The notes below the pieces were generated by a model that was not told where the DNA came from, did not search any database, and saw only the letters and a list, made by a program, of their open reading frames with translations. DNA of 64,000 nt from Camelus ferus. Its lineage: Eukaryota. A program made the translations under genes and the position numbers. Location of the stretch: the NCBI RefSeq assembly GCF_009834535.1, contig NC_045716.1, positions 22,134,001 to 22,198,000 on the forward strand. Reading direction: 5' to 3'. Within the stretch, counting starts at the first letter, position 1, and every line of letters begins with the position of its first letter. Shown here in pieces: positions 1 through 13,581 of the stretch.

Positions 1-3000
1 TGGAGGGGTTCTTGAGCATCAGGGCATTTCCTGCGGAGGGGACAGAATCCATATGCTTGGCAGTGTGGACAGGGAAATACTCTCCAAAGAGCTTGCCCTG
101 TTTCCTTTGGCCCCTGGGATGGACACCCTCCCCTTCTCCCCTTTCTTTGTCCTTCCCACCCATCAGAACCCACTTCCTCTGGGAAGCACATGATCTCTCA
201 CCTCTCAAATCTGGAGAAGACACCCTCTGCTTCAGGTATATAAGCCTTACCTCCCGGACAGAACCCTGACCTCTCTGTGGCTGGGGATGGTGGCCTGCAT
301 ATTTATACCTAGGGCCAGGCATGTGTCAGATGCTCAATAAATATGGTGGGGGAATGGAATGGAGAGGTCACTATGGCTGCCTCCCTCCCAAGCCTCTCCC
401 AGACACCCCCTTTCCTCCCTGCTTCTTAGGATGGGGAACTAGAGAATGGGGCAGCTCTATCTCTGGGGTCTTGCCTCCATGGTGTAGGCTCACCTCTGCA
501 CAGCAGCGTGGAAGAGGTGCAGGAGGGCGGTGCAGTCCTTGCCCCCGTTGAAGCCCACACACAGCTGGGTGAGGCTGTACCGAGCCAAGGCCATCTCAAT
601 GGTCTGTAGAGCACCTGCCACCTTTTCCCCCAGAGAAGACCCTGTGGGGTAGGCAGAGAAGAGGGCATCAGACAGATACAGAGGGGGTATCAAAGAGCAA
701 AGGCCAAGTTACCCTTGCTTAAAACCCTTCCATATCTTCCCAGTGTTCCAGATTCCTTCATCTGCTCACTAGGCCGCTCAGAGTCTGCCCACTGCCACCA
801 TTCAGCCACATCTCCCTGCACTCTTCACCTCTGTCTTTCCTCTGGGGGTCCTGGTTTCTTTCCATCCTCCTAAACCTCGTGCTGCTTCCTTTCAGACCCT
901 TTCCCACATTGTTTGCTCTTGTCCACCTCCTGGTCTGACCAAATCCTCCTTATCACTCAGCTTATATATCACTCATCCAAAGAAGCCTTCTTCGATCCCA
1001 GTCAAGGCTGATCTTCTCGCTGTGGGGACCCCCTCATCACTGACATCTCACGCACAATTACCTGTTTAACATCTATCTTTCCTGTTAAGTTTCTGGTCCA
1101 GTGTAGGGCAGACATCTGTCCTATTGAGCTATACCCCCAACACTCAGCTCAGTGTTGGTGAAAGCAGGTACTCAATTGATATTTATTGGAAGAATGAATG
1201 AAATCGGCCATAGCTGTCTTCTACCTTCTGGATCAGCGGGAAGCCTCCCACAGCCCCTGCGTTCCTGGCACCAAGGGTCTGGCGCATGCTGCCTGCTCCC
1301 CCCTCCCCCCGGGGGCCCCTACCTGACTCGGTGAGTTTGTACACAGCCTCACTGGCCCGCTCCACAGCATTAGGTATGTAGGGGACCAGCGACCCCTGGG
1401 GCAGGCGGGCAGTCAGGTAGGCCAGGCATTCCTCCAGGGGCCCTTCTTCCTCTGAGTCCAGTATCAGCTTCACTCGATAGTAGTTGCTGCTCCAGTCAGG
1501 GTAGGAACCCAGGCCAAGCCTGCGGCCAAAGTGGGCCTGGGCCTCAGCCAGGATGGGGGCGATAGAGGCCTCATCAGCTGCCACATACAGCTCCCGCAAG
1601 TGGAACTGAACAGCTGTATTTTGGAACAGTCCCTTCAGCCCCTCCAGCACCCGCCGCAGCAGCTCCGGAATTCCTGGGAAGAGGTAGACATTTCGGACAG
1701 AGACCAGTGGGAATCTGAAGGGGCGGCCAGTGTGAGGATCTGTGCCGTAATGCAGGCGGGCAGAGGAGGGCACCCGAGACAGCTTCTCCCAGCCCTTCCC
1801 TCCTAGGGCTTTGATGGCCGCTTCCAGCTCAGGATGTGGCTTGAGCTCATCCCCAAAGGCCTGCGCTACTGCCTCAAAGGTCACATCATCATGGGTGGGG
1901 CCGATGCCCCCTGCTGTGAGGACATGGGTGAAGCGGCTGGAGAAAGACGTGACCTCAGCCGCAATTATGGCTACCTCGTCAGGTACGACAGAGACTCGGC
2001 ACACCTGGACGCCCAGGGAGCGCAGTGTCCGGCACAGAAAGTAGGTATTGGTGTCCTGAGTGTGTCCCTGGGGGGTTGGGAATAGGGAAGATGAGAGTGT
2101 CAGTACTGTGGGGATGAAGGGCAAAGGGGGAAGGGATCAGGCTGCATCTGCCTGATGATGGGGCACTCTGTTCTTTGGGGGACACAACCTTGGGATGCCA
2201 AGAAGCCTGGACAGGGCACAAGAGTGGGAAAATCCGTGTGAATTGAGTCAGGGATAACGTGATCCACCTTGAGCCTCCATCTCTGCACTCTGATCTTGAC
2301 CTCTGCTTATGGATTCAATTATCAATTGTATGTGGACAACTAATCCACTTCCTCACCAATCCTGACAGTTTCAGCCCCTTGGCTCCAAGTGCTTACTGGG
2401 CATCTTCACATTATCCCTGGCTGTTGTCACTTTGGTCAGCAGCATCCCCAGACACTGTCCACAGCCAGTCAGGCCCTTCATGCTGTCAACTTGACTCTGA
2501 AATGTCTCTCCATCTGCTCTCTTCTTTCTGCCCCTACTGACACCAAACAGGTCCTTGGCAACTTTCACCTGGACACTGGCAACACCCCTGGCCAGGCTCC
2601 CAGCCTCCACCCACAGCTCTGCCCTGTACCTCCTGAATAACCTTCCTAACATGTCGCCATGATTGCATCACTCTTGGCTCAAAAGCCATTTGTTGTTTCC
2701 AACGATACACAGAATAAAGTTCAAATTTCTTTGCAGAATGTTCGAGGCTGGCTGTCTACGGTGTGTATCCATTCTTCTTTTTCAGCCTCATCTCCTTCTA
2801 CTTCTCTAGGGTGAGTTTAGTGGTTAAGGGTGGCTCTGGAGTGAGAATCAGGTTGGAAGCCCATCTACAACTTACCAGCTGTTCAACTGTGGGTGAGTTT
2901 CTCAACCTCTTTGAGTCTCAGCCTCATAATCTACTAATTGAGATTTATAGTAAAAGTAGCCACATCATAGGGATATTGTGAGGATTAGTAAAATCACATA

Positions 3001-3574
3001 TGTGATTGTAATAAGCACACTGCCAGGCCCTAGTAAGTATTCAGTATTACTATTACAAACCTGATGCCCACCATGACCTCTAGGAAGACTTCCGTAATCA
3101 TTCAGAAGGGATTTCTTCCTTCTAGGACTCTCCTTTTATCTCATGTATGTACTCTGCTGAATGTCTTCAATCATTTTCCAAATAGGCTAGATATAACTCT
3201 TAAATAATACATGCACCTGTACCTCCCGTATGCACTGAACTTGTCATTTCTGTAAAGCCCCTCCTCCCCCTACCATACTGCTTGGCAAATTGTAGGGACT
3301 TTGTTACAAGTTTTTCAACAGAGTAATTGAAAGAATGAGGGTCACTTTCCCCCCAATATACTGGACTCACTCCAGGACCCTACTGCAGCAAGGGGGCTCC
3401 CACCCTGGTTCCCCCTCCCTCAAAAGAACGTGGAGCAAACTTCTCAGGACAGGAGAACGCGGCACCCTCCCCCCTCTTCTGTCCCAGACACACCTTGAGG
3501 ATCTCATCTCCAACAATGATGATGCCCGCCGTCATGCTGCGCCCTGGGGGAGGTTCAGAGGCCCTAGATGCCAT
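1..3574 (-). CDS. FLAD1: FAD synthase (molybdopterin-binding-like domain plus PAPS-reductase-like domain), 5' part. Coding exons 3494-3574, 1323-2067, 494-641, 1-30 (truncated by window edge)
   Basis: Spliced translation [27 protein letters not shown]|[20 protein letters not shown]...YKLTESG|[12 protein letters not shown]...[22 protein letters not shown]|KCPDAQEPL matches recalled FLAD1. All junctions are GT-AG and in phase (745-nt and 148-nt internal exons). Confidence 0.97.
830..1203 (+). mobile_element. L2 (LINE2) 3' fragment in FLAD1 intron
   Basis: Ends in the L2-type tail GGTACTCAATTGATATTTATTGGAAGAATGAATGAA; boundaries approximate. Confidence 0.55.
2812..3050 (+). mobile_element. MIR SINE
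   Basis: TAGTGGTTAAGGG...CTCTGGAGT...TTTCTCAACCTCTTTGAGTCTCAG...TGTGAGGATTA resembles the MIR core. Confidence 0.65.
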
Positions 3575-3845
3575 GGTCCTGCCTTCTCTGCCCCTCTGCA
3601 AGGCCCTCCAGTAGCAACCCAGACCCACAAATAGGGGTCGCAAGCGCGAGGGGCCCGCCAGGTCTATGGGGCACTGGGGGTCATAGCCTGGGAACAGGGG
3701 TTCCGGGATCGAGGGAACCTGGAGGAGCCAGAAAGGACAATGGGGGAGAGCAGGAGTGCAGAGTCTTCCTCATCAGGCCCATGACAATCGACTCCTTTAT
3801 TTCTGCCCCTTTAACGAACGTGTTCTCAAACCCTAACCCATACCT

Positions 3846-4055
3846 CTTTTAATGTCTTCTAAGCTTGGTTCTAGTCTCCTTAAATGTCCTTCTCTCCTGA
3901 ACACCTACCACTTTAAATGTCTTCTGGCCGGCGAGCTCGGCTCCTCTAGGGTCCGCTCTATCTTGGGCACCTGCACCTTTAAATGTTTCTTCTCTTAGGG
4001 ACACCTGTCCCTTTAAATGTCTACCTTATCCTGGGCCTTGGCCCCTTTAAATGCG
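3846..4055. repeat. Degenerate minisatellite, period about 33 bp, core CYTTAAATGTY
   Basis: AAATG cores at 3850 (degenerate), 3882, 3915, 3981, 4015, 4049; spacings 32, 33, 66, 34, 34. Confidence 0.7.
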
Positions 4056-4279
4056 TTCCCTCCCTCCACCCCGGCCAGAATTCAGCCGCCTTCTTCTGCA
4101 GGCTTCCACACCCTTTCTAGCCCGGAATCCCGTCTCTTCCCGCCACGCTTCAGACTACCGAGCTCTTCCAGATTCTCACCTGCCTCTTTTGCCCCTTCAC
4201 CGTGTCTTTCCCTCTCTCCCTTCCTCCTTACTCGGGGCGGCATTCGTACTCAAGAGTCCCGCCTTAGACTCACACCTAC

Positions 4280-4370
4280 CTCGTATTAATTGGTTATTTT
4301 GGCTGTCGCTCAGACCACCTCTAAGGGTCCATTGGTATCGTCCACCGTCGCTCGCGAGCTTTAGCCAGAG
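4280..4370 (-). other. FLAD1: Probable non-coding first exon of FLAD1; 5' end approximate
   Basis: Donor GAG|GTAGGT at 4280/4279 just downstream of the promoter motifs. Matching acceptor TTGTCCTTTCTGGCTCCTCCAG| at 3719/3718 upstream of the ATG at 3574. Confidence 0.6.
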
Positions 4371-4470
4371 GGCGGGAGTAGTACTGGGTTGTTATTGGCG
4401 ACAACCACGTGGTCACCCCGCACCCGGAAACGCGGGGGCGGGCCTTAGTCGGGGGGCGGGGCTTTTCTCT
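4285..4470 (-). promoter_or_regulatory. FLAD1 CpG-island promoter
   Basis: CpG-rich. CCAAT boxes (ATTGG near 4289, 4331, 4394), palindromic E-box ACCACGTGGT 4404-4413, ETS core CCGGAA near 4423, two GGGGCGGGGC GC boxes 4434-4462. Confidence 0.75.
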
Positions 4471-5018
4471 CGGGACAGGACGTGGGAAGTCTGAGGCGTG
4501 AAAGGAGGGTGGTGGTGGCTGGAGGTGTCTCAAGGATTTTGGGGTGTTCTCATCTGATGCTGGAAGTAAAGGGAGGCTTGACTAACTTCCGTTCTGTGTT
4601 CAAATTCTTGTATGCATATACTATCTGTTATTTATTAACCATGACTCATTCTAGGCTAAGGGGTCAGGGGCTGGTACCGGTGTAAGAAAGGATTTTATAT
4701 TGGAGCAGGTGGAAGTTGGAGGAACACCAAGAATAATTGTCAGCATTGCCTGTGAGGTAGGAAGACCCCGGAGGTGAGCTTCTGGTGTGTGGAACTTTCA
4801 TTTGTCTCTGTTATAAACGATAAAGCTAATTACTTAAGCCTCTTTGATAAGAAAAAGCCTTGCCCCACCTTGTTTCAGATGGTGCTTTAAACATAACCTC
4901 TCCCAGTTAATTGGTCTTGTAGGTACAAGTGAGGGCAGTGACTAGGGGGCACCATGTGTCCACTTTAGATGCTCATATTATGCTGGCTTCCTCTTATTTC
5001 ACTTGCTTTTGGTCTAAA

Positions 5019-6006
5019 AGTGCTTCTTAAACCTTAATGCTCATATGAATCATCTGGGGGCCTTTAATATGTTGATTGTCTACAAGATTCAGATTTGGGT
5101 GGGGCCTGAGAGCTGCATTTAACGAGCTCTCACGTCATGCAGATGCCACTGTTTTATGTAAAGTTCTAAAATTCATATATTTGGAGGACTCCTGAACCGC
5201 ACCTGGCCTCATCTTACTCTCCTAAAAACCTCATAAATAAGATGCCCACTTTACAGATGGGCAACCAGCTCAGAAACGTGAAAGGGTGCCACACAGCAAC
5301 CACAGAAAACACTAGAGTGGATGGTAGTCAGGCTTCTAGACCCTTCTCAAGTAATAAGCCCTGTGTTTTTTCCAATTGAAAGAAACTCAAACTCAGCTCT
5401 AAAAAAAAAAAAAAAAAAGTCGGGCTTTCCTAATGACGTAAGCCTTATGCTACATTATCTTTATTAGTAATAATGGTAATATTTGACACCCCCCCCCACC
5501 AAACCATCAGCTCTGGTCCAATTCTTTACAGTGGGTTCTCAAGCTTAAGTGTGCATCAGAATCACCTAGAGAGCTTGTTAAAATGTCACTGGGTCCAACC
5601 CTCAGGGTTTGACTCAGTAGGTCTAGGGTGGAGCCCAAGAATGTGCACTTCTAATGAGCTTCCAGGTGAGCTGATGCCTCCAATCTAGGGACCACACTTG
5701 AACTACTGCTCTATGAATAAATGGATGAAAGACAGGGAGAAGTGGGGAGGTTAATCTCCCTTACTCAGCACTACTGTTGAAAGTAGAGGGTAAGCTATTA
5801 TTTGGTGAAATGTTTTCTTAAAGGGCCATAGTTTACAACTGTTTTCAAAGGTTAGTGCTGTAACTACCTGCATAAGACTGCTTTAAATCCCCACATCCAG
5901 GCCACACCCTAGACCAATTAAGTCACATCCCTGGGAATGATTTAGGCATCAGCACTTTTAAAGCTACCTAGGTGATTCCAATTCTGAGCCAAAGTGAGAA
6001 CCACTG
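5019..6006. mobile_element. Three MER5-like (hAT-Charlie) MITE relics at about 5019-5150, 5528-5708 and 5836-6006
   Basis: CAGTG/CACTG-type termini and internal motifs TGCATCAGAATCACCT, GGGTGGGGCCTGAGA, CCAGGTGATTCCAAT typical of MER5A/B. Confidence 0.6.
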
Positions 6007-6444
6007 AAAACAGCCCCAACCAATATGTGGAGTGAACAGGCTTTAGGTGTGCCTGAGCCTTAGGCTGGGCAGGAAGTGGAGCACACTAGCAGCCTCCTCC
6101 CGACAGCCTCTTCTTATTACCCACCTGTGTCCTTCAAATATTGGGACTACATCCTTGACAAACATTGATTTGTTTTGATGAGATGATGTCCCTGTACAAT
6201 CACTATCTTAGGCCTGAATTTAGAATGAAATATATTTCAGTAAATGTTTGACAGCAAAGTCTGCTTAAACTAGATTAAAACCGTTACCTGAATGTTGAAA
6301 TAAACCTGATTATCAGCAAAGAGCTGAGCTTCATTATTTCACTGAAGAGCATTAGAACCAATTAGAACCATGATACTGAATGTGATACTCACCCTGTGTG
6401 GGGGAAAAAACCTTTACAATTAAGAGAATTATAAAAACTTCCTC

Positions 6445-6450
6445 TTTAAT
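6445..6450 (-). terminator. Probable CKS1B polyadenylation signal ATTAAA
   Basis: TTTAAT on the plus strand about 435 nt past the CKS1B stop codon, in an AT-rich 3' UTR. Confidence 0.5.
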
Positions 6451-6885
6451 CAAGGCTTTTAACATGGAACAGATTTCTTGAATAAAATGGAAAGTTTCCA
6501 ATACATTGAAACATAAATCACCGTACACACAACAGCTGGCAGGAAAAAAACAAAACAGCAAGTTTACACAATTCCTGTAACAGCCATGGTCTTATTCTCA
6601 GATGCTTCCACCATTTGCAAAGCGTATTCTACTGGAGACAGAGCTCATGTTGGTTTTTGGGGTCACACTTAGCTGAGGCTGCAACCCAAAGAGCACTCAT
6701 CTGGCGTGGTGGTCCCGGTGGCTCTGCTCAAGAAGCAAAACAGTCAGCAGCAGATTCAAACAGTGTATTGAACATCCTTTAAATATCAAAGTGAGAAATG
6801 AGAAGGCAACATAATGTCATTGGAAAGATGTTAGCAAGTGAGAACAGCTGTGTAAAGCTTGAGGCTGAAAAGTGGCTCCTTAGCT

Positions 6886-10002
<3,117 letters not shown>

Positions 10003-10059
10003 TCAGTCCTGCCCCGCCAACCTCCAAACAACTCCCAGCAGCACGCGCTCCCACCCTCT

Positions 10060-10351
10060 TTGGCCTCGCTTTCAAACACGCCGCCCGCGCTTCCTATTGG
10101 TCCGTCTGGATGAAGGCGGGACAACTCCACCTTCAAGCCTCCAATTGGCTAAGATTTGCTTCTCCTCGAGTCCTTATTGGAGTGCCCGGCTTACGATTCT
10201 CAAGAACAAGCGTAGGTCAAAGATAGGCCTCTTATTGGCTATCACTGCTCCTGTGCGCGTTCTAGCGCTGCCATTGGCTGATTCGGGAAAGTGGGACGGG
10301 TGAAGGAGGGACGATGAGGTAGAGGGTCAGGGGTTAGTGAGGCCGGAAGTG
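10060..10351. promoter_or_regulatory. Bidirectional CKS1B/SHC1 CpG-island promoter
   Basis: Head-to-head genes. Five CCAAT/ATTGG boxes (10096, 10141, 10176, 10234, 10273) and ETS site CCGGAAGTG 10343-10351. Confidence 0.85.
10071..10085 (-). promoter_or_regulatory. CDE/CHR cell-cycle element of CKS1B
   Basis: Minus strand reads GGCGG-CGTG-TTTGAA: CDE, 4-nt spacer, canonical CHR. Confidence 0.8.
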
Positions 10352-10479
10352 AGTGCAATAAAGTTTCTCCAGGGAGGCAGGGCCCGGGGAGAAAGTTGGA
10401 GCGGAGGCCTAAGGAGGCAGTGGTGTGATCCGGAACCAAATCGGCCCGCGGTGCGGTGCGGAGACTCCATGAAGCCCTG
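10335..10479 (+). other. SHC1: SHC1 non-coding first exon (p52/p46 transcript); 5' end approximate
   Basis: Donor CTG|GTGAGT at 10479/10480. Sequence GTGATCCGGAACCAAATCGGCCCGCGGTGCGG...GAGACTCCATGAAGCCCTG resembles the recalled human p52 5' UTR. Confidence 0.8.
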
Positions 10480-13400
10480 GTGAGTTGGGACTTTTTCTTT
10501 TCCCTAGGTGACCCACTCCTCCACCCCGGAACCCCTCTCCCGGGACCCTACTTCCGGTCTTCATTTATAAGTCCCGCCCCCTGCGACCCCCTCCCCGGAA
10601 GTCCCACCTCTCAACTTCAAGGGGCTCCCCGAACCCCGACTTATTTTCTATTTATTGTCCCCGACCCCACCCTGTCCCCCAGCTTTCCTGGAAGTCCCAC
10701 CCCTAGGCATGCTTCCAAGCCCAACTACTAGAAACCCTACGTTAGTCCCTCCAATTCCCCGAAACTTCGCCTCGTCGCGATGATTCTCTGCTAACTCCCG
10801 TCTATCAGAAAGCCTATCTCCCAAAAGGGCAAAGCCCTGCCCCTCAAAGAACTATTCGAATTCGTGAAGCTACGCCTCCTAGGGGGTACTGCCCCTCTAG
10901 AAGCTCCACCCCTTCCGTAATCCACGTCTGATTGTCCTGAAGGCTAGCTAGTGTTTGATGCACGCGTCCTAGGGAACCACGCCCCCTCAGGAACTTTATC
11001 CCTGTAGGACCCAGGTCATCGGTCATCGCCCCGGAAGCTTTGCCTTCTATCCCAGAAACTCCACCTGCTTACAGATCCCTGTTCTTTTTTTCTTTGGGGG
11101 CTTTTGCTTAGTTTTCATGAGCTCTCATGCTCCACTGGGTGGGAAGTCAAAAATTCACATCTCTCTGTGGCTCTGAGGAGTAAGAGATTAGAGGCAGCAC
11201 TTTTCCTCTCCCTTACCCCCTTCCAAGGGTGGACCTACTTGAAGGGGGCTGGACTTGGGGTTTGGCACGAGAGTGGGAGGGAGACTTGCTCATAGATTCC
11301 CAGCCCCACTCCCTGAGTTTCCCTTCCCAGGACCAACTCCACCCCAGAAACAGCTGTTTGTCTCATACCTGTACGTCAGGAGCTGGGTATGACCATGGGT
11401 TTGTTGGTGGGTGACATGTAGGTATGACAGGAGTGAAAGTTTTCGACTACCAGAAAACGGTCGCTTGGAGGGGGCGTAGGGAACAGTGTCCTTTCTGCTA
11501 TCTGATTTTTTTTAAGGGACTCCTCGGGCCCCACCTCTTCTCTGGCTGTTCCCCTCCCCCTAACCAGAGTTCTAGTCTGGGCATTCCTCCTGGTCCCGCT
11601 TGCCCAACCTTCCCTTCTGGAAACATTCCTGAGGCTTTCGCCATTTCCTGCTACTTTCCGCCGCTCTTCCCTCCTCCCTGCTGGGCTGAGAAGCCACATG
11701 CAGCTTCCCCCCCCCCCCCCAGTCACCCGGATTCCCAGTAGCAATCTCCTTTTCCTATGCAAATTTAAAGAGCCCTACTTCCTCTTTCTTGTCTAACAAT
11801 GCCCACACCTCTTGGTCTTTCCCTGCCTCTGGATCCTGCAGGCACCCACAGAATGCTCACCTCTAGAGATGACGACATCCTGGTGTGTGTTTGTGTGTGT
11901 TGAGGATTTGAGGCTTGGGCAGAACACTTATCTCATTTTCTATATTCCCGGGCACTGAGGCCTTAGGACATGGAGTGATAGAATTTCTTCCCAGGAGTGG
12001 TGGATGGAGTGGCAAAGCTCTCCTCCATTGAGGACTAAGGGGAGGTGATAAGCACAGTATCTATCACGGATTAAGTGCTAGTGTTGTTAACACTGTAATC
12101 ATGATATTTGCATCTTTTTATCCTCTGAGTAAATTGAAGGATAGGTGAGCCCTGGAGGGTTATATGGGTCTTTTAGTACTAATTTTTTGGTCACTTTCTA
12201 ACTTCCCTATAACCCCCTGGAGCAGAGCTGTGGCAGGAAGCTGTGAGTGGAAGAACTGGGTTTGGGACTGTTCCCTGTGTCCAGCCTCAGTCCATCTTCT
12301 CCTGGCACCCCTTTTTCTTGAGCACAGATTTGTCTTCTACCCCCTCTATTCCTTCATGGACTGTAGCCCCCGCCTCTCTTGGAGAACTGTTTCACTCTCC
12401 CATCTCCTCCAACCAGACTCTGCCCCTGGTATGAGGGCCATTGTACTCGGTGGTGGACACCTGTACCGTCCCCAGTCACTGCTGCAAGAAGAGGGGTATG
12501 AGCTTACCTGGCAGGTCCAGGGAGCTGACCTTAGTATCAGTACTCTGGCCGCCCCCACCCCTTCTACCCTTGACAGCTTGCTTCACTGTAGAAAAGGGGG
12601 CGGAAGAGTGCTTGCCATGGGCCGCGGCTGCTTGGCATGGTAGGTGCCATGCATAGAGAGCAAGCCTCCACCGGCCCCTCCTCTGCTCCAGCTCCTGCCT
12701 GGTGGCTCCCTGATGCACCACCCAGGTTGGACTTTATTCCCCTTATTTCACCAGCTTTGCCCTTCCTTTTGGCCCCTCCCTGCATCCACTGGGACTTCAT
12801 ACTTCCTCTTCCATTTCTTTAGCTCCTTCCACAGCTGTTGTAGCAGAAGATGCTAATGGCCCAGGCTCCCTGGGGCCACCACCCCACAGTGTGGTAGTCG
12901 TGGGGGTGGCTGGGGCTGGAGGATGAGGGAATTTGAGTGTTCAACCAGGACTGGAAGGGAAATGCTGAGCTCAGGGATCCCCTCCCTTTCCCACCCCCAG
13001 CTGCCTCTGTTTCCTCCCTCATTCCCCACCCCCCTCAGCTTCCTGCTCCCTTTGGTCTGCCCATGTCCGGTTTGGATTGATCCAGACCTCTTATCTCCCT
13101 CCTTTCCTTCTCACTCGTCCATCCTTCCCTCCCACTCCCACTTTACTGCTCCCCAGATTACTTGTTGTTTGTATGGAGGTGTGGGGGAAATGGATCGCTC
13201 TGCCCCATAAGAGTTCTAGGTTGGGGCAGTGTTGGGGGCTTAGCCCCTCAGAGCCTGTGAGTCAGCACTGTCCTCAGGATTGGTCTCTCTCCTTAGTTCC
13301 CCGCCCCTGGGGAGGAGCCAGGCAGCTCTAGGTCCAGCCTGTTCGCCTCTCAGCCAGAGAAGAGGCTCCACGCTGGGCGGAGATGGGGCCTGATACTGTC

Positions 13401-13581
13401 TGGGTCTGAGCCGGGGGAGCCAGAGCCACTTGTCCCTCTCCCTCCCCAGGACCCTTGAGATCCCTGGGCCATAGAGGTCCGATCAGGCTAAGGGCCTGGG
13501 GATGCCCCCTGCCTGGCCCCCTTGCCCTAACTGGCAGGGGGGCCAGGCTGGGCAGCAGCCTCCCTCTCACTCCCACCAGCC

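Noticed and set aside
3846-4055. Repeat-spacer-like pattern considered as a CRISPR array
   Set aside because: Eukaryotic intron, degenerate short cores, related spacers and no cas genes; treated as a minisatellite.
6170-6225. TGATGA...CTGA resembling C/D snoRNA boxes
   Set aside because: Too short, no terminal stem, and not in a sense-strand intron of a host gene.
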